Below, in pieces: positions 1 to 16,032 of a DNA stretch of 64,000 nt. The stretch lies in NCBI RefSeq assembly GCF_009914755.1, contig NC_060942.1; one strand, written 5' to 3'. The first letter of the stretch is position 1, and each line of letters begins with the position of its first letter. Source of the DNA: the human T2T-CHM13v2.0 reference genome, Homo sapiens. Position numbers and translations under genes: made by a program. The notes under the pieces were generated by a model, which searched no databases, was not told where the DNA came from, and saw only the letters and a list, made by a program, of their open reading frames with translations.

Positions 1-523
1 ATAAAGAAAGAGATTAGTAAGTATGACAACTTAAACATTTTAGAAACACCAATGACAAAATTGAAGTAGAAATATTATAAATGGATGACAGTATGTCAGT
101 TTTATATATATATATATAACCTGTAACAGGCAATCAAAAATTTATGTACACAAATAACACAAACAGGCAATTTATGGAATAAAAACACTTTAGAAAAAAT
201 AGTAGAAAAAATGAAAACTTCATCAATATAATTTATTTCTCTTTGGCCAGAATATATGGTTTTTTAAAAGATGACCACATATATCCTTGTCAAAGGGTAG
301 TGACAGTTGCACACTGCTACCCCAAAATGGTAAAAGACTTGATAGTCTTTGAGGGTCATTTGTGACACATTGTGTGAATTTTTAAAATGTCCTTCCAGCA
401 ATTAACATTTAAGAAATTCTCTTAAACAAATAATGCTTTATTCATATTCAAGTAATTATTTCACTCTAGTACGTTTGTGCGTGCATCCAATAGCAGGATT
501 TGGTTATAGGTTTTATAGGGTAG

Positions 524-891
<368 letters not shown>

Positions 892-1403
892 AAGCTGTAG
901 GTTTTATAAAGTATAATGGATGTCTAAATTGTCATTGTAATAATAAATTACCAGCCTAAATAAAGTTTTAGAAAAATTTAATAGCATTGAAAAATATTTA
1001 TAATTGCTTAATGACAAAAGCAGTTGACAATATATTGTATATACTATTATGTTAATTTATAATGCATATTTTGAAAATGTGTGTATAAATTACACTTGTA
1101 GCTATTTCTTTATTTATAATTGTAAAAACTGCAGATATATATAGTTTTATATATATACACAAATGCATGTATGTATGTCTATGATGTATATATACACATT
1201 TTTCTATTATGATTTTCTTTGGGCAGTTAGATTATGGGTATAAAAAACTTATTTTTCTATTTTTTCAGAAAACCCATTCTTTCGGTAATCATGAAAATAT
1301 AATAAAAACTTTAGACAAAAACCATACTTTAAAATCCTTTAACAGTTGTTATTTCTTGGCCACAGCCACTCTTCCAGAATTACATAGAAATTTAACACCT
1401 ACT

Positions 1404-1691
1404 GGCCACGCACAGTGGCTCACATCTGTAATCCCAGCACTTTGCAAGGCCAAGGTGGGAGGATAGGTTGAGGCCACGCATTTGAAAGCAGCTTGGGCAG
1501 CATAGTGAGACTCTGTTTTTTTAAAAAATAATAAAGAAATATTAGCCCGGCATGGTGGTGACTGCCTGTAGTACCAGCTACTTGGTAGGCCAAGAAGGGA
1601 GGATCCATTGATTCCAGGACTTTGAGGCTGCAATGAGCTATGATCATGCTGCTACACTCCAGCCAGGATTACATAAAAAGATCCTGGATCA
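1404..1691 (+). mobile_element. AluJ, diverged, poly(A) tail missing
   Basis: GGCC..CAGTGGCTCACATCTGTAATCCCAGCAC start. AluJ-type GGAGGAT..TTGAG and GAGGCTGCAATGAGCTATGATC. Two arms with A-rich linker. Confidence 0.9.
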
Positions 1692-2149
1692 GGTTTTAAG
1701 TTTTGTTTATTGAGTAAAATCTGGATTATTAGAGACGGAAAAATTGATGTCAGTCCGATAATTATCTATAGGTTTTATATACATATTATATATATATATA
1801 TATGATGAGAGGACATGTAAGGAGGAAAAAGATGATGGGGAAGGGTGATCTAGGAGAGCATTTTAGTGAGTTTGGCATGGAGTGAGATTTCTTGGGTCAA
1901 CCATGTTGTTAATATTTTCAGTAAGAAAGATTGATGAAGAATGTTCTAAAAAAGGCTTTTAGAATGTACGTGAATACTACTCTTCTTTGGGATTTGACGG
2001 GAGTTCTAAGGAAGGTTAATAATTAGTTGGCTATTTAAATCATGTTTTAAAAATACAATCCTGGCTTTAGATAAGACTAGAAGAAAAATGAACACTGAAC
2101 ATTTTAGAAGTCTGGGGCATACTGTTGGCTGATGCTCCATACCTATTTT

Positions 2150-2706
2150 CCTTTCTTTCTTACAAAATTCTGCTATGGATCTAGTTAGTGTCCCACTCAT
2201 CTGCTCCCCACCCAACCACCCCCAGCAAAATTGGGTGCATCTGAGGAAATTAACTTTACTGCCAGCTCTGCCAGCTCCATAGATGGAACCAATTGATTTA
2301 AAGATAAGCTCATTCCCAAGTGAATGACTTAGAAATGGATACGTAACCCATTCTCAGCCTAAAAGGTATCAATGAAAATGTACTGGATTTTCACGGAGAA
2401 AGTTTTATAGCTGCTAATAGAGACCAATGTAAAAAGTTGTGGTTCTTTCCTCTTCCTCTTTATTGTCAAGTCTTGTGAATTCTGAAATAAAGGTACTCAT
2501 ATGGCTACAAATCTGGGGATGAAGAGAGCACAGTAAATAACAGACAAGTAATTGAAAAGAATCAGGGATGTGGAGCACTCTCCTGGGTGCTCAATAACCA
2601 GCTTTAACATCAGTGGTACCTCTGCATTTCCTAAATATTTCTTTATTGTTAAATCAATATGAATGAAAGATTCTATTACTTGTAGCCAGAAGCTTCCTAC
2701 TTGAAT
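2150..2706 (+). mobile_element. Old ERVL-class LTR fragment (LTR33/LTR16-like; subfamily uncertain)
   Basis: AGAAATGGATACGTAACCCA core and a 3' end TTCTATTACTTGTAGCCAGAAGCTTCCTACTTGAATA typical of ERVL/MaLR LTR termini. Boundaries approximate. Confidence 0.5.
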
Positions 2707-2792
2707 ATAGTTTACATTTTGGAGGCTATAATTTGATGTCTTGAAGCTAAATTGCCACTGTTAGAATTAAAATCTAAAGGAATGTAATTTTA

Positions 2793-3532
<740 letters not shown>

Positions 3533-4397
3533 AGAACATCAATTATGTTGGTTTTAGAATAATACACAATTAAAAGACAATGACGGAAATCACTCTGAGA
3601 TCAACACTATAATTGTGGAACTAGTGTGAAAAATGTGATTGGATGCATTTCTCTGAGAACCAAATATACCTCTTGGTTTCAGTTATTGAAAAAAGCCTAA
3701 AAAATCCATAGTGATATGAAGATTTAAAATAAATTTTAACATGTATACCTTGTTTCTTAAGAAACTAGTCTTTCTGGACAATGTGAACAATGATGTTAGA
3801 CATTAAAATCTTGTAGGCTGGGCTCTTACTGTGCTATTTGAAATTTAAAATCTTTAGAATATGCTGTGGTTAAAAAGAAAAAAAAATCCTGGAAAAATTT
3901 GGATATTTATTTTTCCATTGCCTGAAGAAATGGATGGAGAATCATGTTTAGAAATTGTTATGAAAATAAAATGATAACACACTTTGAAGGTAGAGAAAGG
4001 TCACCAGCTATGTGAGGCTCAATAGGCTGTGCCATTGATATTTTTTATGAACCCCAAACCACCAGAAATTCTAAATTCAGAGAGGATATACACACAGAGA
4101 GGATATACAGAAGGGCAAACTATTATTAAGTATATCAGTATGACTAAGATTCTTATGAAGGGTAGAAATACTCAGATTTAGTAACTCCTATAACCATTCC
4201 TCTTCCAGCACGTGGTTGGGTGCAGCTTGCAATCACAAATCAAAACGGAAGAGGAAGAGGACAACTGTATAAAGCAGCGTGATTTAAGTTGATCTGTGGG
4301 ACAAAGAGTTAAGCCACAAATATTTGGGGAGAGAGGTAAGATAATTTTCTTGGTCAGATTTGTGAATGATTCGATAAGGATTGAAATGGAGATGAGG

Positions 4398-5164
<767 letters not shown>

Positions 5165-6617
5165 ATTGAAGTTACACATTTTTATATATGAAACTTTAAT
5201 ATTTTAAATAACAGTATACAATTCAGTTAATAAAATGAGCTAAAATATTAGGGTGTTGAAGGCATAATTTCCTATATGTAACAAAGGTTATAATTAATTT
5301 GCAAAGGAGAAAACAGGAAATTTCCTTACTTTCCTTTCTAATCTAGTTCCTCTTCTGAACCAGATGCTGTCTTAAAACCTATACTTTTTCCTTTCTTCAC
5401 TTATTTTACTCCTTATGTGTCCTCAACTTTCACATCCTTTAGACAGTAAAAATAGAAAGGTAAAATAGTTACAACTACAATTTATCTAAGATGTTTGTCA
5501 TAGACATGTGGAGGAAAAGGCAAACTTAAAAATTATCATGTTGAAAATCTTGCAAGGAAAAAAATTAGAAATTAAATAACACATTGTACTTAATGGAAAC
5601 CTTTCTCATAGTCATGACCTAGAAATGCTATAATGCCTGCTGTTTTTAAATGTTGAACTGGGAAGAAGTAAACAAAAAATATTCTCCTATATACTGTTAA
5701 ATTGTTTAAAAAATCTCTGAGATCCTCTGCTGTATATGTTAATATATAAAATGTATATAAATCACCATGTCAGAAATTAATGTTGCAAATAACAAGATAA
5801 AAGAGAATGATGTGGCACAGACAGAGCTCCGAAGCAAAAAGAGATTGTGAAGGAGAGGACAAAGATAATCAACAGAGAAAGCCAGCCATGCAGAGCAGTG
5901 AATCATCTTATCAGGATCCTCATCAATTCCTAGATCAAAAATACTGAACTTCTACTAGGTCTGATAAGAAAATGTGTATCAACCTGTTAAAACACACACA
6001 CACAGGAACTAGGAATTTGAGAAACTCCATTTATTTATGGATGAAGCAAAAACACACTTACTTTGTTAATTAAACTAACTCGATTGCAGAATGGAATGAG
6101 AATCAACATCAGCATACTCTGTCGCATGCCTATTAGAGACAAAGATCTTTAGGTTTAAAAATGGGTTGGAAATATTTTTATTCCAGATCCCAAAAATGTT
6201 CTCTTTTTAAAAGCCATCTTCACTTGTTGTAAAATTCACAGAAACTCGTTTGATTTAGTTCTCACTCTACCTTAGGATCTTTTGTCCTCAATCCTAATAG
6301 TTTATCTCCTGAACTCTGGTCCATCTTACTTTTAAATGTTTGTAATGTTTGCTCCCAGGAATCTTAATCAGATTATCCAGAAATCCAGCCTAATCTCTTG
6401 CCCTGATCATTATCCATATGTGGCTTTTGTGGTAGAAATTCATCTAATCACTTTGACAAATAATTATCTTAGACATTAGCTTATTTAAAGTTTCCTTGCC
6501 ATTATGTTAATCCATGCATAGTATTTCTAGGTAGAATTGGTGCTTATAAGAGAAAACAATTTTTAAAATGCCAGAGATGTCTTAACAGGTTATTGAAACT
6601 GAATTAGGTTGACATGG

Positions 6618-6989
6618 TGTGTTAGTCCATTTTGCATTGCTATAAAGAAATACTGAAAACTGGGTAATTTATTAAGAAAAGGGTTAGGTTCATGATTTTG
6701 CAGGCTATACAGGAAACATGGCACCAGAATCTGCTTCTGATGAGACTTCAGGAAGCTTCATCATGGTGGAAGGCAAAGGGGGAGCATGCATGTCACATGG
6801 GGAGAGAGAGAGAGAAAGAGAAGGGGGAGGTCCCAGACTCTTTTTATAAACAGATCTCCTCATAACTCATTACCATGGGGAGGGCACCAAGCCATTTATG
6901 AAGGATCTTCCCCGATGACCCAAACATTCCCCACCAGGCCCCACTTCCAACACTGGAAATCACCTTTCAACATGAAATATAGGGGACAA
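6618..6989 (-). mobile_element. MSTB-type MaLR LTR
   Basis: TGTGTTAGTCCATTTTGCATTGCTATAAAGAAATAC..ATGGTGGAAGGCAAAGGGGGAGCA..CCACCAGGCCCCACTTCCAACAC matches the reverse complement of MST LTRs. Confidence 0.88.
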
Positions 6990-7557
6990 TAATGATGTAG
7001 CATTTCATTCTATAAAAACACCAAGAATAATGAATTTTTTATTATTAAATTACAGAGTATCCTAAAATTGAAACTTAAGAAAAATTAAGGTGTAAAACAC
7101 TGTAGATATCTTAGACATTGTTCTTCAAATTATATTTGTGTGTATTTACTTGGTATACATATGTAATGTTAATAGATTTTACACAAAGACACAAAACTAG
7201 ATAAAGTATTCATTTGATTCTAATTATATATGGCTACTATAACAAAACAATAGCTATTTACAAAGCAGTGTTAACTATAACAATGTGTTGACTTGGATAT
7301 CTCTCAGAGTCCATATAAAACTTGGCAATCAGCTTTGATTTGAATAGTCAATAGAATGTTGACATTTTAGAAATGTCTCATAAATCTATACTGTTTAACT
7401 TTTAGGTGCTCAGTTTCTTAAAGGTACCAATTGGTTGAAATGATAATTTCAATGACACATGCAATTAGTTTACTTTATTCTGTGTCCATACATTGAATTC
7501 TTAAGATTAGTCAAAGTTACGCACTAATCCATGACATAGCCATAAAGATAATAGGGC

Positions 7558-7660
7558 AAGACTGAAAACCCCTTGAGGGCAAGGACTATAATCTCATTCA
7601 TGTATTTACTTCTCCATGTGCACGCAATGTCTAGAACAGGCAAATACTTGTTAAAGAGAG
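7558..7660 (+). mobile_element. L2 3'-end fragment
   Basis: AGACTG..CCTTGAGGGCAAGGACT..CAAATACTTGTT resembles the L2 terminus. Confidence 0.55.
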
Positions 7661-9239
7661 GTGAAGAAGTAAAATGTTCCTAACCATTCATGCATTTAAC
7701 ACATGTTTATATGACTAGAAACAAAAAAATCAAAGCTTGCTGATTTTGGTCAAGAAACCTTTTCTCATGAAGGAGTTCAAATATCCATGTCCATATTTAA
7801 CCAATTTTTCAATTACCAGCTTGGTAATTTCAATAATGAATTGCAAAGCCAACATTATCAATAATGTAAAATATACACTTTTTAAAAATTAGTAAATTAT
7901 ACTACTTCTAAAGGCTATATTTTTAAACATTTTAAATAAAATTTGTTTTTAGGCCATAAATTGCAAAAGTATTCAATAGTATTCAATAATTTAAATTAAG
8001 AACCTAAAATTTTATATGCAGTGCATATTTTATTAGCAAATATTTAAAATGTAAACCTAAAAAAACCATTGCAAGGCATGTTGCAATATAAAATTTTAAT
8101 AAATTCTCAGGGATACCAAGTTTTATTGAAACTTCTCCTATATGTGATGCATTTATTTGCTTAACTCAATAAGCATCACAATACCTAGGAATCTAATTCT
8201 TATTTTCATATGACACTATTCTTTCTGCAATGTAATTTGAGTTTTTTACTAAAACAGAAATATAGGTCAAAGTTTTAGGATATCTTCACATATTATGATT
8301 TTGAAAAAAGTATATTACAATATTACATTTTGAGGATAATAATTGGAAAAAAGTCTTAGAAACTAGCATACATGAAGGAAATTTACAGATAAAATTAATT
8401 TAATGCAATAAGGTATGTAAAAACTGTTTCATGACATTGATTCTTTCTGTAGCAATACAGAGGTCTTCGTGATCCAGGCTTGTTGGTGTCAGTTTGATCT
8501 TGGTTTTCCTGAGGCAATTTATGAGAGTGCTTCCACTTGCAAACTGTGAACAATTCATATTTCTGTCTCTATAAATCTTTGGAATAAGTTTCTCTATGTC
8601 TATTTTGGAGTTATCTTCTCTACTCATTCAATGATAATAGAAAATAATTAGCTTCCCTCAATACAATTATACCAAAGAACTAACACATTTTACACTTAGG
8701 AGGAAAAAATCAAAAGGAGTAAACTATGAAAAAATGTAATAATTCACTAAAATTATATTTTTAGAAACATAAATAACACTCAGTTGTGGAAGTTGGTGAT
8801 ATAGTAAGATTTTTGCATATTACACAATCAGTTACTGCAGCTCAACATTTTCCAAGGCAATTCGATAAATTAAATGGTGTTGTTAGTCTGATGACCTGGG
8901 AACATTTAAAAATCTTTGCATACTACAGGTTTTGCTGTTACAGAGGGAAAATAATACCAGTAACAGAACTGATCACAGCAAAAGGCAATGGATGTTTTTA
9001 AATGTGCCACCAATTATTCAGAATATTTATATTTGCCACTTTTCAGTTTATAATGTCGTCTTTAAAAGGAAAAAAATATCCAAATCCATGATGTGTTTAG
9101 GTTAGTACAGCTCCACTGCTTATATGTATTAAAATGCTATCTAAAAAGGTTAGATACCAATCAGTATCCAACAGTACATATGATACAATTAAAGCATGTA
9201 AAACATTTAAGGAGCTATTATAGATTGCTTGGACAAATG

Positions 9240-9875
9240 TGTGCCTCCACAAATTCCAGACCATTAACAACTTGATCTGCCCTAGCTGCATCTGTAGCTA
9301 CTTCTCCCCAAAGTGATGCTCTTAATTCTACCACCTTGAGTGACCAGTCACTTCCTAAGGAGACTAGGAACTCAACCTTGGTGGCTGCTGCTCTAGTCAT
9401 ATACCTTGACTTTCTGTCATCTCTTATCACTTCCAGATATTCAAACATCCCAACAACTTGGAGCAGCATGGGATTTCTAAAGAAGCTGACAAAGGAGAAA
9501 AGGCCCAAGAAAGCAACTCTGAATCAAAAAGCCATTAACTCTTTGAGAATGTCTTACTGGTCTTACTCTGACCAGTAAGAAAGAGTAGACAGAACAATAA
9601 AACTTTATCTTTTTTCCCTTATGTGCACTACTCTGCGACATTTTCTCTCAACTGCTTGTCCAGATATGTCCTGTGGCTCCCTATTAAGTGATGGCACCTG
9701 TTATACAGCTGCGTGTGAAGGAGTGGCCAGTAACACGTCACTTTGCATTACTTTCCATCCTCTGTTCTTCCTTTCCTTTTCCCTCACTTTTGCTGGCTGG
9801 GATTTTATCTCAAAATAAGATATTAGCTCTTAACCCTTGCCTAAGACTCTATTTTAGGATAGCATGGAATAAGAT
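9240..9875 (+). mobile_element. Old ERVL LTR (LTR67B-like)
   Basis: 3' end CCTTTTCCCTCACTTTTGCTG..AATAAG..TTAGCTCTTAACCCTTGCCTAAGACTCTATTTT resembles LTR67B/LTR16-type termini. Start approximate. Confidence 0.55.
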
Positions 9876-10123
9876 CGTGGATTATCTTTGAAATTATCCA
9901 GGCTATTTCTATTGAAAAAGACACTATTAAAATGACCATAGTAAGTAATGTATTAAGATGGGATTTTCTTTAGAAATGTTACCATAAATTCATATTTTGT
10001 TTTGATTTCCAAGTAGACTTACCAGTTTAACATAATGAAATTATCTAAATTAATTATGGCAAACACATTTTAAAAAGGTGAAATCTTGTGTGTGTGCATG
10101 CATGTGTATGCAAGTATACTATG

Positions 10124-10470
10124 TGTGTTAATTTGTTTTGTGTTACTACAAAGGAATACCTGAGACTGGGCAATTTACAAACAAATGAGGTTTATTTGGC
10201 TCATAGTTTTGCAGGCCATGTAGGCATGGTACCAGCATCTGCTTGGCTTCTGGTGAGGCCTCTAGTAGCTTATTCTCATGGTGGAGGGTAGACGGAGGTG
10301 GGGGGTCAGGGAGCAGGGCGGCAGTATGTCACATGGCATGAGAGAGCAAGAGAGAGTAGAGAGGTGCTACATACTTTTAAAAAACCAGGTTTCACGTGAA
10401 CTCATTACCACTCATTCCTGTGGGGAGAGCACCAACCTATTCATGAGGGATCAGCCTGCATGACCCAATA
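10124..10470 (-). mobile_element. MSTB-type MaLR LTR, partial
   Basis: AAAGGAATACCTGAGACTGGG..GGTTTATTTGGCTCATAGTTTTGCAGGC..CATGAGGGATC..CATGACCCAA. Confidence 0.85.
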
Positions 10471-11247
10471 TTTCTCACTATAACTATGTAACATAATATC
10501 AATGAAAGAATATAAAAATATTTTATAAGCAGCAAAGAAAATAGTGGTTAAAAGTAGATTTTAATTTTAAGAATTCCCTGCATTACACACGTCGTACAAC
10601 CAGAATGCAGTTCCACGCTATTTTAAATATGTGCCTAACTGAAAAAAATGTCTGCTAACTTCTAGTTTAGTCACAAAAATTTACTGTTCATCCATGTTTT
10701 CATTCATAATTTGACACTATACCATGCCATGAACTAATTTCCCAATATATATTCCAATCTTTGTTTTCAATTCATTGAGTTTTTGGTAGAATTGCAGACT
10801 TAATATTTGTATAAGTAAAATAACCAAATTTTGGAAAACATTTTTCTAGAGTTCTTAAGAGGATTTTTTTTCTTTTTAATAAACCCCAACAGAATATGAC
10901 ATTATATTATTAGCCAAAAAATTCAGACATTTCAAATTTCAGAGGAAAACTAAATATAACTAATAAAAATACCAGATTTTAGGAAATTAAATTTAATTTA
11001 AAACTTTATTTTATAATTTGATTTGCAAAAATATATTGCTGATTCAAAGTTTTAATTGAGAATACTTGAAATATTGCTATTAACATGTATCATATAGGTA
11101 AATAAAATGCTTAATACGTTATCTTTTTATGTTAAGAAATATCTGGGGAAGAGATTTAAAATAAGTTGTTCATACAACACTGTCATTTGCCAACGTAAAG
11201 CTCTTTGTATTTTCTTTTATATATATTTTCTTACCTCCATTCCCCTC

Positions 11248-11412
11248 TGTTAAAGTTGAAAGGTACCACAGAGATCACGTATTTTAACAACCTCATTTTA
11301 AAGAAGAAGAATCAAAAGCATGAAGTCTAACTTGGTCAACATCACAGACCAGGTGACTGAATTTGGAAGTAAAACTCAGTCACCTGATCTGTGATCTGGT
11401 GCTCATTTCTTC
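11248..11412 (-). mobile_element. MIR (MIR3/MIRc-like)
   Basis: TTAAAGTTGAAAGGTACCACAGAGATCA..AACCTCATTTTAAAGAAGAAGAA..TAACTTGGTCAACATCACA, a degenerate reverse MIR core. Confidence 0.6.
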
Positions 11413-11491
11413 CATAGGTGATGTTGAATAGTGTAGTGGTACAGTTTTCGAGCAGAAACATCTTTTTCTTGACATTTTACTGACAGTCATG

Positions 11492-12061
11492 TGTAGAAGA
11501 AGAATAATTTTTCTTCAAAACCCTGCCTCCCCAGTCATTGGTTCTTAGTTGGAAAGAACCCCGGTAACAAAAGACAGATTAAGAAGAGAAAAAAATTAGC
11601 ATGTGTATTTTACATATACATGAATGACGTGCAGGAAATGAGTATTTCTCAAAGTTGTGGCTTTGAGTTCCAGTTTATATAGCATATTCAAGAAAGAACA
11701 GTAAATTTTTAGAGAATTGAGAAGACACAGTAAAAGAACTTTTAGTCTCTAGAGGATGCAACTTGTGGGAAGGCAAATAAATGGCAGGTAAAGACTATTA
11801 GGTGAAACTTGTTAAGGCAGGTGCCTCTGGTACCACCTCCAGAAGATATGTGTCTAAAGTTGTCTTTAGTGGTTAATCTCTGTTTTCCCTGTAAGTAGCA
11901 GGGAGGAGGGAATGCCAGGATCCCTTTTGTCTTTGAAAATCTACATTTTGCTTTTAGGCAAATAGAGGAGGTCAGAGAGCATTCCTGTATCTGCTGCTTT
12001 TTAATTGTCTTCAACTCAACAGTCCTTCATATTTTGAGGTGGCATATTCTGGTCTCTCACA
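11492..12061 (-). mobile_element. ERV1 solo LTR, MER34 family
   Basis: Reverse strand begins TGTGAGAGACCAGAATATGCCACCTCAAAATATG (MER34-type start). TG..CA termini, about 570 bp. Confidence 0.8.
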
Positions 12062-12765
12062 TATATAATTCTTTTGGCCCCAGATTTTTCATCTATAAAG
12101 TTAAGAAAGTTAAATTAGATAAAATACATTATCCTTTCAACTTTTTAAAGAGTGGCAAAAAAAATATCAAACTCTACTGTGTTTGCTTTTATTTATTTTT
12201 TATCTAAAATATTGAATCAATTCCAGTTTTGTGTAAAGGTAGTCCCCAAGTTATCCTATATAGTCACATTCTGTATTAACAAAATTTATTCCAATAGATC
12301 AGGCAAGAGTGGAACTATTTTCACTTTCCATGTCATAAGCACAAAATGTTCCTCAAAGTAAATTATCACTGATTTAGTGAATGATTAAAAAATATTTTTT
12401 ATGAACCTCTTTATCTTCAGTCTCAGTCTGTGTATTAGGACACATTTGCATAAAAATCTGAAGAGTAAATCTTAATATTAACAGTTAATTGAATACTCAT
12501 GATTAAAATTTTAATCCTAGAAAGTAATTAAATTTTCTTCTGTAATGATTTTTGATTGATTCTTTCTATAGCCACACTGAGAAAACGCTTAGATATTATT
12601 AAAGCTCTAAAAAAACAAGTGCATCTCCAGGAAGGCTGCCATTATTTTACTTATTGGCTATGCAGAGCCTAAAAACAATATATTGCCTTAATAACTTGTT
12701 TTGCTTTCCACATAACTGAAAAACATTTAAAATGTCTCTCCAACACTATGAAAAAAAAGAGATGG

Positions 12766-13324
12766 TATGATAGTTAATTTTATATGTCAAGTATTCTGGG
12801 ATGTGGGTGCCCAGGTATTTGGTAAAACTCTATTCTGGATATATCTGTGAGAATGCTTTGGACGAGATTAACATTTGAGTGGGTAGACTGAGTAAAGAAG
12901 ATTGCCTTCCCTGAAGTGGGAGGTCTTCCTCCAATCAGTTCATGGCCTGAATAGAATAAAAAGGCTGGCCTTCCTTTGAGCAAGAAGGAACCCCTCCTGC
13001 CTAACTGCTTTGAGTTGGAACACTGGTATTTTCCTGCCTTTGGATTCCAGCTGAAATATTGGCTCTTCTTGGGTCCTGAGCCTCCAAACTTTCAGACTGG
13101 AACTTACACCACTCTCTCTCCTGGTTCTCAGGCCTTTGTTCTTGGTCTAGAACTACACCATTGGCTCTCTTGGGTCTCCAGCTTACCATCTGCAGATCTT
13201 GGGATTTCTCAGCCTCTGTAATCCAGCAAGCCAATGCTTTAAAGTAAATTTAGATAGATAGATAGATAGATGATAGAGATATATCCCACTGCTTTTAATT
13301 CTCTGAAGAATTCTGACTAGTACA
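12766..13324 (+). mobile_element. MLT2B-type (ERVL) solo LTR containing a (GATA)n tract
   Basis: TATGATAGTTAATTTTATATGTCAA..GACTGAGTAAAGAAGATTGCC..CTGACTAGTACA. 5-bp TSD GATGG at 12761-12765 and 13325-13329. Confidence 0.88.
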
Positions 13325-14716
13325 GATGGTATGACTACCTCTTCCTGTGCTTATAAATCATGCTTATCTTTCCATAATGAGGAAAGCAAAAGAAGGCTTA
13401 ATAAAACAACTGAAATATTTAAGGAAGAATGCTGATCACAATATTAGAAAAATCTGAAAAGTAAATGGAAAATTGAAAAGCAGAGTATTATTTAAAGAAC
13501 AAAAGATTTAATGTCTGTATTGAGAGAACTAAAAATAATAATGCAAATAAAAACAATTAAGGAACAAGAAATGAAGGGAACATAAAGACCTCTCTACCTT
13601 TTCTATATGCACTGTGGAATGAGTACACATATAAGCCAAAGGACAGAGTAGTAGGAAGAGATTATTTAAAAGATGCTAACTGTATCTTCATCAGGAACAT
13701 GTGTAAGATTTGCTTACTCCGAGATTTGGATATTGACAGGGACCTTGTAAATTTATAAAAATTTAAATTGTGGCTAACTGTAAATCAATTATGAATTGTT
13801 TTGTTTCAACGTATTGTTATTTGAAATAGCATATTTAGCATTACTTGTGGCTAGTGAATGACTATAAATGGACTCTTTATGGGAGCCTACATCTTCCCTG
13901 TTATTGTAGCTTTATGACATCTCTTATGTCCTTATCTCCACATATATCAAAGAAACTGGAAATAAAATACCTTCTTTAATGAATTAGCCCAATAATTCTA
14001 AAAGGCATTAAAAATTATGAAGAAACAAAGCTGTATCCAAAGTCAAATAGTGAATTTTCCACAAATAGAAATCATGCCTGTTATTAAATGGTAATGATCA
14101 AAGAAATAACAATGACAGTATGGAATAATATAGCTTTTTAAAAAATAAGATTTGCCAGCAATAAAAACAAATTGGGAAGAAAATACCATCTTAAATGTTC
14201 AACATAAGAAGTGAATGTAGGAAAATATTTATTATTCTATGTAGAAAAAGATAATAGAAAATATGTAAAAACGCATTGCTCATCTTATCTAACGTCCCAT
14301 TCATCACATAAGAGAGCATGAAGTAAAACTATGGGATTAGAAGAAAATGTGATGAAAATTAACATTTATTGAGCACATTTTCTGTAACAAGTGTTAATAT
14401 ATTTTACTCTTTTTAATCCTCCTGGCCATCACATAAGATATCCATATTTTTTAGATAAGCAAAGTTAGGCTGTATAGCTTCTCTCATCTCAATTCTTAAA
14501 AAAAGCGGGGGGTGTGTGCAGAGATGTATAAAAGTCAAGGTACTCCTTAACTTTAAATGTTAGTTTTTACCATGATGTCTATGAAAGCAAAATTGAATAT
14601 TGTTTAGAAAAGTAACAAAAACTTTCCATTCATCAGAAAAATAAGCAAAATATCCATGAATTAAAGACTATTATTGATAACAAAACAAAAAATATTATTT
14701 AATCAAAATGCTTACA

Positions 14717-14740
14717 GGCGCGCGCACACACACACACACA
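14717..14740. repeat. (GC)n(CA)n alternating purine-pyrimidine microsatellite
   Basis: GGCGCGCGCACACACACACACACA seen directly. Confidence 0.9.
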
Positions 14741-15612
14741 AACAAGTCCTATAAAGATTGATAAATGAATTTTTCCAGTAAAGAACTGTAAATAGTGACA
14801 TGTATTCAGGAAGCAGTCAATGTAATGAAAGATCTGAGAAAGTTGGTGTGGAATCATCAGGTTTACAAAATGTATGAAGTGAAGGTAGTGATATAGTTCA
14901 GGAGATGTATTTAGCAGTAAGTGGAATAGAGTCGTAAGGTCTATGACTTTGCAGTTTGGAATTTTGCTAAAGCACCTATTTGAATTACTCACACTGATGT
15001 GTTGAATGAGTCGCTTTGCCTTCTAAATTATTTTAGTAATGCATTTATAAAATCATTAAGAATCCAAAGGGGTCGCTCAGGAGCTTCATGTTTTACTGAA
15101 TTTTATGAGAGAAATTACATTCTATAATGGTATCAGGGGTTTTAAAGATTCATGAAATTATCACTACAGGTCTCTTGAGGAGAATGTAAGTGGTCCAGTG
15201 TAAATGAAATGACACATCTTTGAACTGGGGCTCTGAACTCTTAGTTGACAGCAAGGAAATCAGGCCAGATTGGTTTCTCAAGATAGTGGCCTAACATTAT
15301 ACTTCAACAAAAAAGATCACTTAAGTGATGAACAATGAAAAACTATCAGGTAGGAGAAACAGGACCCATTATTTTAGCCTTCTAGAATATTGATATCTTT
15401 GCACTTTATACTGGGTACAATTTTGAATACTCCTCCTCACTAGAGAAACAGGAATTTCTGATATTCAGCAGAAACTTTCCTTACATTATCATCACTTAGC
15501 ATTATGAGTTAGTATAGGTAATCTCATTGCTTACATTAATGTAAATAATTATACATTAATCCTCATGTCAATTCTATCCGGCAAGTATTCATTTTATTTA
15601 TTTATTTACTTA

Positions 15613-16032
<420 letters not shown>

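Noticed and set aside
9218-9891. Cluster of overlapping ORFs and an 11-bp-arm inverted repeat (9552-9580)
   Set aside because: They lie within an old ERVL LTR, show no recognisable domain, and the hairpin is too short to be informative.
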